From assembly GCA_963664875.1 (NCBI GenBank), contig OY761611.1, positions 2,144,001-2,208,000 of the forward strand: a stretch of DNA of 64,000 nucleotides. The letters run 5' to 3'. The position numbers and the translations under genes were made by a program. The notes under the pieces were generated by a model. It had not been told where the DNA came from. It was given only the letters and a program-made list of their open reading frames with translations, and made no database searches. Origin of the DNA: Candidatus Kapaibacterium sp. (GTDB lineage: Bacteria > Bacteroidota > Ignavibacteria > Kapaibacteriales > UBA2268). Positions 9,960-22,100 of the stretch are shown one piece after another (position 1 is the first letter of the stretch; each line of letters starts with the position of its first letter).

Positions 9960-11030
9960 ATGAAACAGGATTTTTTATATATCCGCGGCTTAAAACATGC
10001 AGATCATACTGTATTTGCAGTGACTGAAGGGCAAAAAAACTACTGGGACAATCAGTTTGACAGACGTGTTGCATACTCAAGTGGCCAACAAGTGAAAAGA
10101 CAAATTTTGGAAAATGTTCTCAGTTTTTTGGGTGAAGAACCTACTCCAATTACATTTTACTTCGAAAACAAAAGTAAAATGAAAGAGTTAGAAGTTACTT
10201 CACCTGCTAATCCAAAATACACAGACCAACTATTAGGGGGCTGGATGGTTGCAAAATCTAAAACTTCAAAAGATGCAGGCAGAACTGTAAAAAGAAGAAG
10301 TCCACTTTCAATATCTGCTATGCGACCTTTGCATCCTTTATTGAGTAATATTGATAGTGAAAATGTGTCCTTTGATAGAAGCGACAGACCTGATTTGCAT
10401 AAAGTAGTTGTTTATGAAGGTACAGCAGGAACAAAAGAGTTAACTTCCGAAGAAATTGCTGAAGCTCTTAGCGGCTCTGACAGAAGTTTACGTAGAAAAT
10501 GGATACAAGATAATAAAAGAACGAGCGGCTTATTTGTGTACGATATTTGTATTGACATGAGAACACTTTTTGCTGTTTCTTTGAGCGATACTGAGCCCGA
10601 ACTTACACCGGAAACAATTGAAGAATTACTAAATGAGGGTTGGGTAAAAAGTACAAACGCTTTTGGACCTTGTCTGATTGCACCAAAAAATATTAGAGAA
10701 AAGATTATTCCGGCACTTGCCAACTCAATTGTAAATTGGCGAATTGCTACAAATCAATCTCGTACATTTTCTCTTATGGAAACTCTTGCTATTGCAACAA
10801 GTGACAATGCTAATCAGCTTGCAGGTGCGATTAGAGCTCAACTCGTTCCTGAAGTGGAAAGACCAAAAGCCAAACCAATTATCGACGAAACGGCTAAAGC
10901 AGATATATTTGTTTCACTTCCATGTGATGGCTATATCGAAAATGCTCACGGCACTGCCAACGCCCTCGACGATGCCCAAGCTCACATCACTAAAATTCTT
11001 AGTGAGTATGACTATGAAAATCAAATGTAA
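9960..11030 (+). CDS. cas7: Cascade backbone Cas7
   Basis: SSGQQVKR, DQLLGGWM and RRSPLSISAMRP motifs. Confidence 0.85.
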   Translation: MKQDFLYIRGLKHADHTVFAVTEGQKNYWDNQFDRRVAYSSGQQVKRQILENVLSFLGEEPTPITFYFENKSKMKELEVTSPANPKYTDQLLGGWMVAKSKTSKDAGRTVKRRSPLSISAMRPLHPLLSNIDSENVSFDRSDRPDLHKVVVYEGTAGTKELTSEEIAEALSGSDRSLRRKWIQDNKRTSGLFVYDICIDMRTLFAVSLSDTEPELTPETIEELLNEGWVKSTNAFGPCLIAPKNIREKIIPALANSIVNWRIATNQSRTFSLMETLAIATSDNANQLAGAIRAQLVPEVERPKAKPIIDETAKADIFVSLPCDGYIENAHGTANALDDAQAHITKILSEYDYENQM

Positions 11031-11035
11031 CGCTT

Positions 11036-11551
11036 ATGTTTGATCAGATTTATAAATCGCTTTCCGCTACAGGCACTGAGATTAACTATTTCTTTGTCTG
11101 TAAGCGGAAGCTTTGGTACTCAGCTCATCAGATTAACTGCGAAAACGAAAGTGATAATGTAGCTGCCGGTAATCTTTTGCACTCTGCCTCCTACCAAAAT
11201 AAAAGAAAAGAATACCTTTTCGATAAAATCAAAATTGACTGGTTGGATCTGAAAAACGGAATCATCCACGAAGTCAAAAAGTCTGACAAAATGGAAGAGG
11301 CTCACCTCTGGCAGCTTAAATACTATCTGCACTATTTCCGAGAAAAAGGTATTGGCAACTTCACCGGCGAACTAAACTATCCTCTACAAAAAAGCAAACT
11401 CACGGTTTCACTCGAAGATGATGATATCCCTAAATTGGAAAAGCTGCTGGAGGATATAGAAGCCATAAAACTGCTCGAAACAGTGCCGCCTTTGCCTTCA
11501 AAGAAGTCAATTTGTAATAAGTGCGCATACTATGAGCTGTGCTATATCTAA
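11036..11551 (+). CDS. cas4: Cas4 exonuclease
   Basis: CKRKLW, KID, EVKK, QLKYY and C-terminal CxxCxYxxxC. Confidence 0.95.
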   Translation: MFDQIYKSLSATGTEINYFFVCKRKLWYSAHQINCENESDNVAAGNLLHSASYQNKRKEYLFDKIKIDWLDLKNGIIHEVKKSDKMEEAHLWQLKYYLHYFREKGIGNFTGELNYPLQKSKLTVSLEDDDIPKLEKLLEDIEAIKLLETVPPLPSKKSICNKCAYYELCYI

Positions 11552-11560
11552 GGGGAACTT

Positions 11561-12634
11561 ATGAAAAAAAATATGTTTATTTTTACTCCGGGGAAGCTAT
11601 CGAGAAAAGATAATACCGTTTTTTATATGCCGTTTGCGTTTCCTACAGAAGCGGATGACGAGCAGTTGCAGGAAGAAATACTGCTTTCTATCGATAGTGA
11701 GCAGCCGGAAACTAACAGAGGTAACAAAAAAGTGCTGCCTATTGCCGACATTGATTCATTTTATATTATGACCGAAGCAAGCTACAATACTAAGTTTTTA
11801 GAGTTTTGTTCACAAAATAGCATAAGTATCCATTACTTTAACCGATTCGGATTTTACTACGGCTCATTTATTGGCAAAAGCAAACTCCAAAGCGGATATG
11901 CCCTTGTGCATCAGGTAGAGCATTACAAAAACAAGAAAAAGCGTCTTGCCCTTGCAAAATCTTTTGTTCGAGGTGCCGCATTTAACATTAGTAAAAATCT
12001 GAAATACTACAACAATCGCGAAAAAGACATGAGTGCCCAGCTTGACACAATTGAGTCTGTGCTTTATGAAATAGACGAAGCACAGGATATTGAGCACATT
12101 ATGAATGTGGAAGGCAGGATTCGCAAAATATACTATACTGCTTATAACGAGATATTGTCGAATGGATTTAAGTTCGAGAGGCGAAAATACAATCCGCCGA
12201 CCGACCCGATAAATGCGATAATTTCATATTGCAATTCGCTTGTTTATACTACTTGTTTGTCCGAGCTTTATCACACCCAGTTAGAACCGACAGTCTCGTT
12301 CCTGCACCAACCAAGCGAAAGGCGTTACTCTTTAGCGCTGGACTTGGCAGAGATATTCAAGCCTCTTATAGCAGACAGAATGATGTTCAAACTCATCAAT
12401 CAGGGGCAGCTCAAGCTAAATGATTTTGAAAAAGACCTTAACTACTGCTATCTCAAAGAATCCGGCAGAAAGAAAATCACACAGGAATATGACAAACGAC
12501 TACAAAAAACTATCAAACACAGAGATCTAAACAGAAATGTATCCTATCGCCGGCTAATCCGACTCGAATGTTACAAGCTGATAAAACACATCACCGGCGA
12601 AAAAGAATATGTACCATTTAAGGCATGGTGGTAG
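11561..12634 (+). CDS. cas1: Cas1 (type I-B)
   Basis: LSRKDNT, EGRIRKIYY, NAIISY, FLH, SLALDLAEIFKP and PFKAWW terminus. Confidence 0.96.
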   Translation: MKKNMFIFTPGKLSRKDNTVFYMPFAFPTEADDEQLQEEILLSIDSEQPETNRGNKKVLPIADIDSFYIMTEASYNTKFLEFCSQNSISIHYFNRFGFYYGSFIGKSKLQSGYALVHQVEHYKNKKKRLALAKSFVRGAAFNISKNLKYYNNREKDMSAQLDTIESVLYEIDEAQDIEHIMNVEGRIRKIYYTAYNEILSNGFKFERRKYNPPTDPINAIISYCNSLVYTTCLSELYHTQLEPTVSFLHQPSERRYSLALDLAEIFKPLIADRMMFKLINQGQLKLNDFEKDLNYCYLKESGRKKITQEYDKRLQKTIKHRDLNRNVSYRRLIRLECYKLIKHITGEKEYVPFKAWW

Positions 12635-12635
12635 T

Positions 12636-12902
12636 ATGTATTACATAGTAGTTTACGACATCAACGAAAAGCGTGTCAATAAAATGCTGAAGCTATGTCG
12701 GCAGTATTTGCACTGGGTGCAAAATTCAACATTTGAAGGCGAACTGACACCGGTGCAAATGGCAGAATTAAAAATGCGAGCCAAGCAGATAATGATCAAT
12801 GAAGAAGACTCATTAATCATTTATAAAATACGCTCGGATAAGTACTTAGACAAAGAAATGATGGGCAAGGACAAGAGTGACTTGACTTCAAATTTCATAT
12901 AA
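12636..12902 (+). CDS. cas2: Cas2
   Basis: MYYIVVYDI...WVQNSTFEGELT; true start is the ATG at 12636. Confidence 0.95.
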   Translation: MYYIVVYDINEKRVNKMLKLCRQYLHWVQNSTFEGELTPVQMAELKMRAKQIMINEEDSLIIYKIRSDKYLDKEMMGKDKSDLTSNFI

Positions 12903-13124
12903 TTGGTCGTCGGGCTATAAAAATCCGGACATTTTTTCTCAAAAAACAGGAGACAAATCAACTTTGTTCTTTGACAACTTAGAAATAAAGGGAACATAGA
13001 GATAGTTGTCGCAGTCCCGAGGAAAAAGCAGAATAGCACATCGACAACAGGAGCAATCAAAAACGAATATAAAAAACGACGAAAATAGAAAATATTCGTA
13101 TATTTGCCTATGAAAATTGTCGGC
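12903..13124 (+). promoter_or_regulatory. CRISPR leader
   Basis: AT-rich non-coding segment between cas2 and the first repeat; degenerate repeats lie at the opposite end of the array. Confidence 0.8.
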
Positions 13125-16100
13125 CATCTAATCGCACCACTGTAGTATTGAAATGTTGCATTGTGTCTATGCCAAAGAATAGTGCCGATACATCTAATCG
13201 CACCACTGTAGTATTGAAATCATCACAAACGCAAAGCACAAGTTTATTGTTTTTTCATCTAATCGCACCACTGTAGTATTGAAATAAAATTTTAGCAAGT
13301 TTTTTTGAATAAATTGCGTATCATCTAATCGCACCACTGTAGTATTGAAATAATGTAGCAGAGTCTATTAAGTCGTTCGCTTCCTTTCATCTAATCGCAC
13401 CACTGTAGTATTGAAATGATATTTGCTCTCTAATAAAGTTAAATATGTTTACACATCTAATCGCACCACTGTAGTATTGAAATTTTTGTAATAATACCAT
13501 AGCGGCTCTAATTTGAGTACATCTAATCGCACCACTGTAGTATTGAAATAATAAAAACAGTTTATAGCTTGTTTATGTAGCTCGTCATCTAATCGCACCA
13601 CTGTAGTATTGAAATTCGATTGCTCCACCTTTCCAAAATCCTTTTGCATTTGCATCTAATCGCACCACTGTAGTATTGAAATAATAATTCTTATGTATTG
13701 TACCATATTTACGCAGTCGGCATCTAATCGCACCACTGTAGTATTGAAATACTGATAACTTATAAGCATTTAATACAGACGTTAATCATCTAATCGCACC
13801 ACTGTAGTATTGAAATTTAGGTTCTGAAATTCCATTACTTTCAGTAGATGTCATCTAATCGCACCACTGTAGTATTGAAATGTGAATTGTGAAATACTAT
13901 TAGTTATAGCTGTTAACATCTAATCGCACCACTGTAGTATTGAAATCTCGATAAACTCTATATCGGATAAGTCAAATATTGTCATCTAATCGCACCACTG
14001 TAGTATTGAAATTGCCAAACGTGGAATATACAACTTAGTCAATATCGGCATCTAATCGCACCACTGTAGTATTGAAATTCAAACCTTGCAACGCCTTGCA
14101 ATTTCAATTCAATTTCATCTAATCGCACCACTGTAGTATTGAAATCTAAGATTAACAAAGACGATGCACAATTAAACAGCGACATCTAATCGCACCACTG
14201 TAGTATTGAAATACGTATTCGTAAGCTAAAGTTAAATCTACTGTAACGTCATCTAATCGCACCACTGTAGTATTGAAATTTGGAGTTACAGTTAGATTCT
14301 CTGTCGTTGTTTGGCCATCTAATCGCACCACTGTAGTATTGAAATGTAAATAACAGAGCTATTCACTATCTCTACGAGCAACATCTAATCGCACCACTGT
14401 AGTATTGAAATCATGGGAAACTATATCATATCAGGAACAACTTGAAACATCTAATCGCACCACTGTAGTATTGAAATACTAAAATTATGATAGTAAGCTA
14501 TCTCTGCGGCGTTCATCTAATCGCACCACTGTAGTATTGAAATAGGAATTTCCCCGGCTACATATTTAATAATTCGTGACATCTAATCGCACCACTGTAG
14601 TATTGAAATTCAATACTCTGAAAAATGTCACAAGCTCTGAGTCAACATCTAATCGCACCACTGTAGTATTGAAATTTGCAAGGGCAATACCTTTAGCACG
14701 ATCATTGAAACATCTAATCGCACCACTGTAGTATTGAAATCATTTTGTTAAACAACATATTGATTCTAAAATTCCCGCATCTAATCGCACCACTGTAGTA
14801 TTGAAATGTGTTTTTTACAGTGCGATTGAAAGTATCAAATTCGCATCTAATCGCACCACTGTAGTATTGAAATTTTAATGGTTAGTTATGATATTAATAC
14901 TATCCTCAAACATCTAATCGCACCACTGTAGTATTGAAATGGCTGACGAGTCGTAGAGCTTGGGTCTTGAAACCTACATCTAATCGCACCACTGTAGTAT
15001 TGAAATCTGCATAAACGGCAGCCGCTGCAAGACCGCCCATTACATCTAATCGCACCACTGTAGTATTGAAATTGCGTTCGCTTTGTCAAAACCTACTGTT
15101 TTTATATCCATCTAATCGCACCACTGTAGTATTGAAATGTATGTAATCACTTAAATTAACTGATTTAATATTCCATCTAATCGCACCACTGTAGTATTGA
15201 AATCTCGAATATTGTTTTAGCCTTGATATTGCTCTTTGCATCTAATCGCACCACTGTAGTATTGAAATACCGCACAGGCAGCTACTCAAATTAGAGCTGC
15301 TATGGCATCTAATCGCACCACTGTAGTATTGAAATTCGACAACGGGGCGACGTGGCGTAAATTTGAAACGGCATCTAATCGCACCACTGTAGTATTGAAA
15401 TAAATCTAAAGCAAGCATCTCTAATTCAATATCATTGACATCTAATCGCACCACTGTAGTATTGAAATTATCAAATAGTTGCTACTGAAAAGATAATTGA
15501 AGAACATCTAATCGCACCACTGTAGTATTGAAATATTACTACAATGGCTATAAGTCAGACGACGGTAAACCCATCTAATCGCACCACTGTAGTATTGAAA
15601 TTGATGTAACATTAACTTTAGAGGGTACTGATAATGCATCTAATCGCACCACTGTAGTATTGAAATATAGTGCCTTATGCTATTCAAGCATTCAAAGATT
15701 ATCATCTAATCGCACCACTGTAGTATTGAAATCGATTGAGAATTACGTTATGATCGATAGCCGTTTGCCATCTAATCGCACCACTGTAGTATTGAAATGA
15801 TGTTAGAATTTCTTTAAAATCGGTATCGTATTCGCATCTAATCGCACCACTGTAGTATTGAAATGCTATTAAGTTATAATCTTGTGCTTTTGGAATTGCC
15901 ATCTAATCGCACCACTGTAGTATTGAAATTTAAAAACATCAGTAGAGGCATTAAGCGACGTTGTTCATCTAATCGCACCACTGTAGTATTGAAATTAATG
16001 CAAGATAATTACTATGTAGAAGCGCCAATTTCATCTAATCGCACCACTGTAGTATTGAAATATAGTTAGATATTCAAAAGGGCTTGCAATGGTAAGACAT

Positions 16101-19100
16101 CTAATCGCACCACTGTAGTATTGAAATTTTTGTGAAACAGCAAGCTCTAAAGACTTATTAACCATCTAATCGCACCACTGTAGTATTGAAATCAGTTCAA
16201 AGATTTCTTGCTCTGTCATATCTCGCATCATCTAATCGCACCACTGTAGTATTGAAATTTCGCAAGCAGAAAATCTTGCGGAGGGCTTTATTAGCATCTA
16301 ATCGCACCACTGTAGTATTGAAATTTGACTGCAATGTTTCGTTTGGTATGTATTCGAGGCATCTAATCGCACCACTGTAGTATTGAAATAATAATACGGA
16401 TAACACAGTAACTGACAATACTGATCATCTAATCGCACCACTGTAGTATTGAAATCCAAATAGCGTTTGGCTTCTCGCATCAACAAAACAACATCTAATC
16501 GCACCACTGTAGTATTGAAATTTTTCAAAAACTTTATTAGTGTAGAAGTCCCAAACTACATCTAATCGCACCACTGTAGTATTGAAATTATTAAAATAAA
16601 ATAATTGTATAATTCAAAACTTTTCATCTAATCGCACCACTGTAGTATTGAAATGAATTGTAATCATTTGTTACTAAAGTTTGATACAAACATCTAATCG
16701 CACCACTGTAGTATTGAAATATGAGTATAATCAGGCACTTGCAATCAGCGATAATGCATCTAATCGCACCACTGTAGTATTGAAATTAAGCCAAAAACAA
16801 GACCTATGACTAAAGAGGAAATCATCTAATCGCACCACTGTAGTATTGAAATACTAAATACATAGAAATTGGTTCTTTGGAATCTGACATCTAATCGCAC
16901 CACTGTAGTATTGAAATACCGACAGATAATAAATTATTTTATGATACTAAAGCCATCTAATCGCACCACTGTAGTATTGAAATCAGTACAACAATTAACT
17001 CTGTTAAAGCTATGGATAACATCTAATCGCACCACTGTAGTATTGAAATTTTTCAAAAACTTTATTAGTGTAGAAGTCCCAAACTCATCTAATCGCACCA
17101 CTGTAGTATTGAAATTTCTATCCTTAAAAGAATGAGCAAAAAGCCTATCCACATCTAATCGCACCACTGTAGTATTGAAATTATCTACTCGATTAAAAAC
17201 AATATTGTCCGTGTCAGCATCTAATCGCACCACTGTAGTATTGAAATGCTGGTGAAGCTATTATACCACTTGACAAGTTGCCAACATCTAATCGCACCAC
17301 TGTAGTATTGAAATTTCTGTTTATAAAATTAACTAACTTACTATCTTTGCATCTAATCGCACCACTGTAGTATTGAAATGATTATACTCATCGGTTTGCA
17401 AAAATCGTTCAATATCATCTAATCGCACCACTGTAGTATTGAAATCCAAAATATGATAGTCTTTGCCTGTAATCTTATTCATCATCTAATCGCACCACTG
17501 TAGTATTGAAATTTTATTTTCATAAATTACTAAACTCGGATTTCTATCCATCTAATCGCACCACTGTAGTATTGAAATCCATGAATGACAAAATCACAAT
17601 TTTCTTTATGGAAGCATCTAATCGCACCACTGTAGTATTGAAATATTTATGAAAAACATATCTGTTAGAAAAATATTCAAACATCTAATCGCACCACTGT
17701 AGTATTGAAATCTTGTATTAGTTCCTGTAAAGTTACCGAAAACTTGCCATCTAATCGCACCACTGTAGTATTGAAATTATGTTTGGAGTGCAAGAGCTTT
17801 GGACTTTAGCAAGCATCTAATCGCACCACTGTAGTATTGAAATTTAAATTCATAGCTAAAGATTTAGTTTTAGTGCCACATCTAATCGCACCACTGTAGT
17901 ATTGAAATTTGCAATAAGCGATGTAACAGACTTACAGTCAGAGCTTCATCTAATCGCACCACTGTAGTATTGAAATAACTTTAGCCAAAATTCAGGTCAA
18001 TATTATGATAATCATCTAATCGCACCACTGTAGTATTGAAATCCTGCTGGTTCGATAATGCTTGCACTTTCGGCAGGCATCTAATCGCACCACTGTAGTA
18101 TTGAAATCTTTGTATTTGATAACATTCAAAATAACACGAAGTAACATCTAATCGCACCACTGTAGTATTGAAATTCAAATTGTTGCGACTTAGTCAAAAC
18201 TCGCAATTCCATCTAATCGCACCACTGTAGTATTGAAATAAGTCAGGAGATTACTTAGTTTGGAATTACGGAAGTGCATCTAATCGCACCACTGTAGTAT
18301 TGAAATTATAGACCATCAGATGATGACGGATTAGTACCATTTCATCTAATCGCACCACTGTAGTATTGAAATCACGGTACACATACTATGGTGGCTCTCG
18401 CTTTAATCATCTAATCGCACCACTGTAGTATTGAAATTTAAATTTGCATTTAGCTTTGACTGCTCGCTTCCGCATCTAATCGCACCACTGTAGTATTGAA
18501 ATTTAATCAATGGCTTGTTAACTCGTATAGTTTCGAGCACATCTAATCGCACCACTGTAGTATTGAAATCGTAAGGTTTGCGGTTCATAAGTTTGAGTAC
18601 TTGAACCATCTAATCGCACCACTGTAGTATTGAAATGACACATATTATCAGATTATAGATGACGATGATTCTCATCTAATCGCACCACTGTAGTATTGAA
18701 ATTGCGGAATCGGTCCATATAAGAGCTATGACAGAATCCATCTAATCGCACCACTGTAGTATTGAAATAACGGTCGACGTTGGATATATTAAAGTCCAAT
18801 ACACCATCTAATCGCACCACTGTAGTATTGAAATAGATTTTGATTTATATTACGAAACAGCCGACACAGACATCTAATCGCACCACTGTAGTATTGAAAT
18901 GTAGTATTTTTACGTACTCTGTAATTTTGAGCCGCAACATCTAATCGCACCACTGTAGTATTGAAATAATATAAAAGTAATCGGATTTATAATTTTGTCT
19001 CCACATCTAATCGCACCACTGTAGTATTGAAATCTTGTTCAAAGAGCTGCATAACATTATAACCGTCCGCATCTAATCGCACCACTGTAGTATTGAAATG

Positions 19101-22100
19101 AACTAATACTTGACATTTTGCCCCTGATTTATCTGACATCTAATCGCACCACTGTAGTATTGAAATATGTTATCCTCACCTGTTTCAGCACCACCGATAT
19201 TGCCATCTAATCGCACCACTGTAGTATTGAAATATTGAACTTGTGCATAATTAGTATTTATCTTCTCTCATCTAATCGCACCACTGTAGTATTGAAATTA
19301 GAAAGGATTTAAAACGCAAACATTTGATAGAAAACATCTAATCGCACCACTGTAGTATTGAAATTTTTTTAAATTGTCATTAGTGCCGTCGGGTTGGTCG
19401 CATCTAATCGCACCACTGTAGTATTGAAATTAATAAATATCTAATCAATTTATAATCTTCTTTCTCAACATCTAATCGCACCACTGTAGTATTGAAATGA
19501 GCTTTGATATTTGTAGTCCGAAAGATTCATTTTTCATCTAATCGCACCACTGTAGTATTGAAATTTATTCATTGCTTTTAACATTGGACGGTACTTGTTA
19601 GCATCTAATCGCACCACTGTAGTATTGAAATTTGACTACGTTGTTCTCTTTACATATTCTAAATACCCATCTAATCGCACCACTGTAGTATTGAAATACA
19701 TTTGCCTATAACTATATGCAAAATGTTAGTCGTCATCTAATCGCACCACTGTAGTATTGAAATTTGCTATTTGCTTACACTTCTTACTAATTTTACTTAC
19801 ATCTAATCGCACCACTGTAGTATTGAAATTACTGAGTGCAATGTGGGAAATGACAGAGGCGGCAACATCTAATCGCACCACTGTAGTATTGAAATACAAT
19901 TAAAGCCGATTCAGCTTCAGGAATGCCCTGTCATCTAATCGCACCACTGTAGTATTGAAATAACTCAATTATAGACAATATGTTTGATTTCCAAAAACAT
20001 CTAATCGCACCACTGTAGTATTGAAATCGTTCTAAGGCTGCGATTATATTGCTGAATTGTTGCCATCTAATCGCACCACTGTAGTATTGAAATGCTACGA
20101 CAAATTATGTCGTAATGTTTACAATCCATCATCTAATCGCACCACTGTAGTATTGAAATACGCTACCCGTCACCGTGCAAATAGGGCGTTTGTATCATCT
20201 AATCGCACCACTGTAGTATTGAAATTAAAATTTTTTCAATAGGTCTCGTTCGGCAATATATCATCTAATCGCACCACTGTAGTATTGAAATAAGCTTACG
20301 AGGGCTCAATAACAGAATTAAGTCAAACATCTAATCGCACCACTGTAGTATTGAAATTCGTTCACGGCATCCATTACGACCTGCCCTTGCGACATCTAAT
20401 CGCACCACTGTAGTATTGAAATGCACAATACAGATATTCTTGTCGTGTTATAGCTATACATCTAATCGCACCACTGTAGTATTGAAATGAACGCGCGACG
20501 TTAACAAAAAACAGCTTCGTTGCCATCTAATCGCACCACTGTAGTATTGAAATTAAAGACCCAACAACGGGAGCAAATATCAAGTTCTGGCATCTAATCG
20601 CACCACTGTAGTATTGAAATTTTAACGATGCTCGTATAGTATCTATATGTAACTCTTCATCTAATCGCACCACTGTAGTATTGAAATCATTTGCTCACAT
20701 TTGGTTTGCTATTGTGCAGGCTCCATCTAATCGCACCACTGTAGTATTGAAATTTTTGATTATACTTTATTACTAAGTCGTAATATTGCATCTAATCGCA
20801 CCACTGTAGTATTGAAATTTTTTGAAAACAAGTATATAGTCAGGCTGAGCTGTCATCTAATCGCACCACTGTAGTATTGAAATGTAGAAGAAGCGTTGCA
20901 CTTAAATTGTCTGCTATGCATCTAATCGCACCACTGTAGTATTGAAATACAAGTAATGGATAAGAAAAAAGGAATATAGAATGACATCTAATCGCACCAC
21001 TGTAGTATTGAAATCTTGGCTCTACACAAGCCCCGGAAGAATACTATCCTCATCTAATCGCACCACTGTAGTATTGAAATCCTTTAATACCATGTAATTG
21101 ACTGGTTTATTTCAATCATCTAATCGCACCACTGTAGTATTGAAATGTAAAATTACCAAAAACTTGCACTACTCCTGCACTACATCTAATCGCACCACTG
21201 TAGTATTGAAATAAGTCTAAAATGCTTGCTTCCTGTATCGGTTTAATTGCATCTAATCACACCACTGTAGTATTGAAATTATGGTGGTGCTGGGGAAGTA
21301 TTTAAAGGTCAAGACATCTAATCGCACCACTGTAGTATTGAAATCACGCTTAAATATATAATTAACTTGTTAAACAAACACATCTAATCGCACCACTGTA
21401 GTATTGAAATCTTGGTAGTGGGGGGATATGGAGCGACTCGGCACAACATCTAATCGCACCACTGTAGTATTGAAATAAGAACACAATATCCGCTTGATGC
21501 AGGAAGAACTTTGCATCTAATCGCACCACTGTAGTATTGAAATTAAAGTACCCTCGCCTTTACGTGGGTTCGCACCCGCATCTAATCGCACCACTGTAGT
21601 ATTGAAATACCAAAGACACATAAAGAATGTAAATAAATTTCCACATCTAATCGCACCACTGTAGTATTGAAATTCAGCACTAAACAAGAAGTCAATAGTT
21701 GTCGTCCCGCATCTAATCGCACCACTGTAGTATTGAAATTAAGAACCGAATAGTAGTAAGATACCTAATACTATCCATCTAATCGCACCACTGTAGTATT
21801 GAAATGATACTATGCAACTGGGTAGCGTAACAGAGGTATTTGCATCTAATCGCACCACTGTAGTATTGAAATTATGGTGGTGCTGGGGAAGTATTTAAAG
21901 GTCAAGACATCTAATCGCACCACTGTAGTATTGAAATCACGCTTAAATATATAATTAACTTGTTAAACAAACACATCTAATCGCACCACTGTAGTATTGA
22001 AATCTTGGTAGTGGGGGGATATGGAGCGACTCGGCACAACATCTAATCGCACCACTGTAGTATTGAAAAATCAGTAGAATTGCAGATATTAAAAGAACGT

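Noticed and set aside
1542-12902. CRISPR-associated transposon (CAST) or RNA-guided integrase interpretation
   Set aside because: No tnsA/B/C/tniQ, Cas3 is intact, the att site separates the integrases from the cas operon, and I saw no spacer matching tRNA-Phe. Adjacency alone is insufficient.
12939-13127. Short ORFs across the leader
   Set aside because: Low-complexity translations overlapping the CRISPR leader and cas2.
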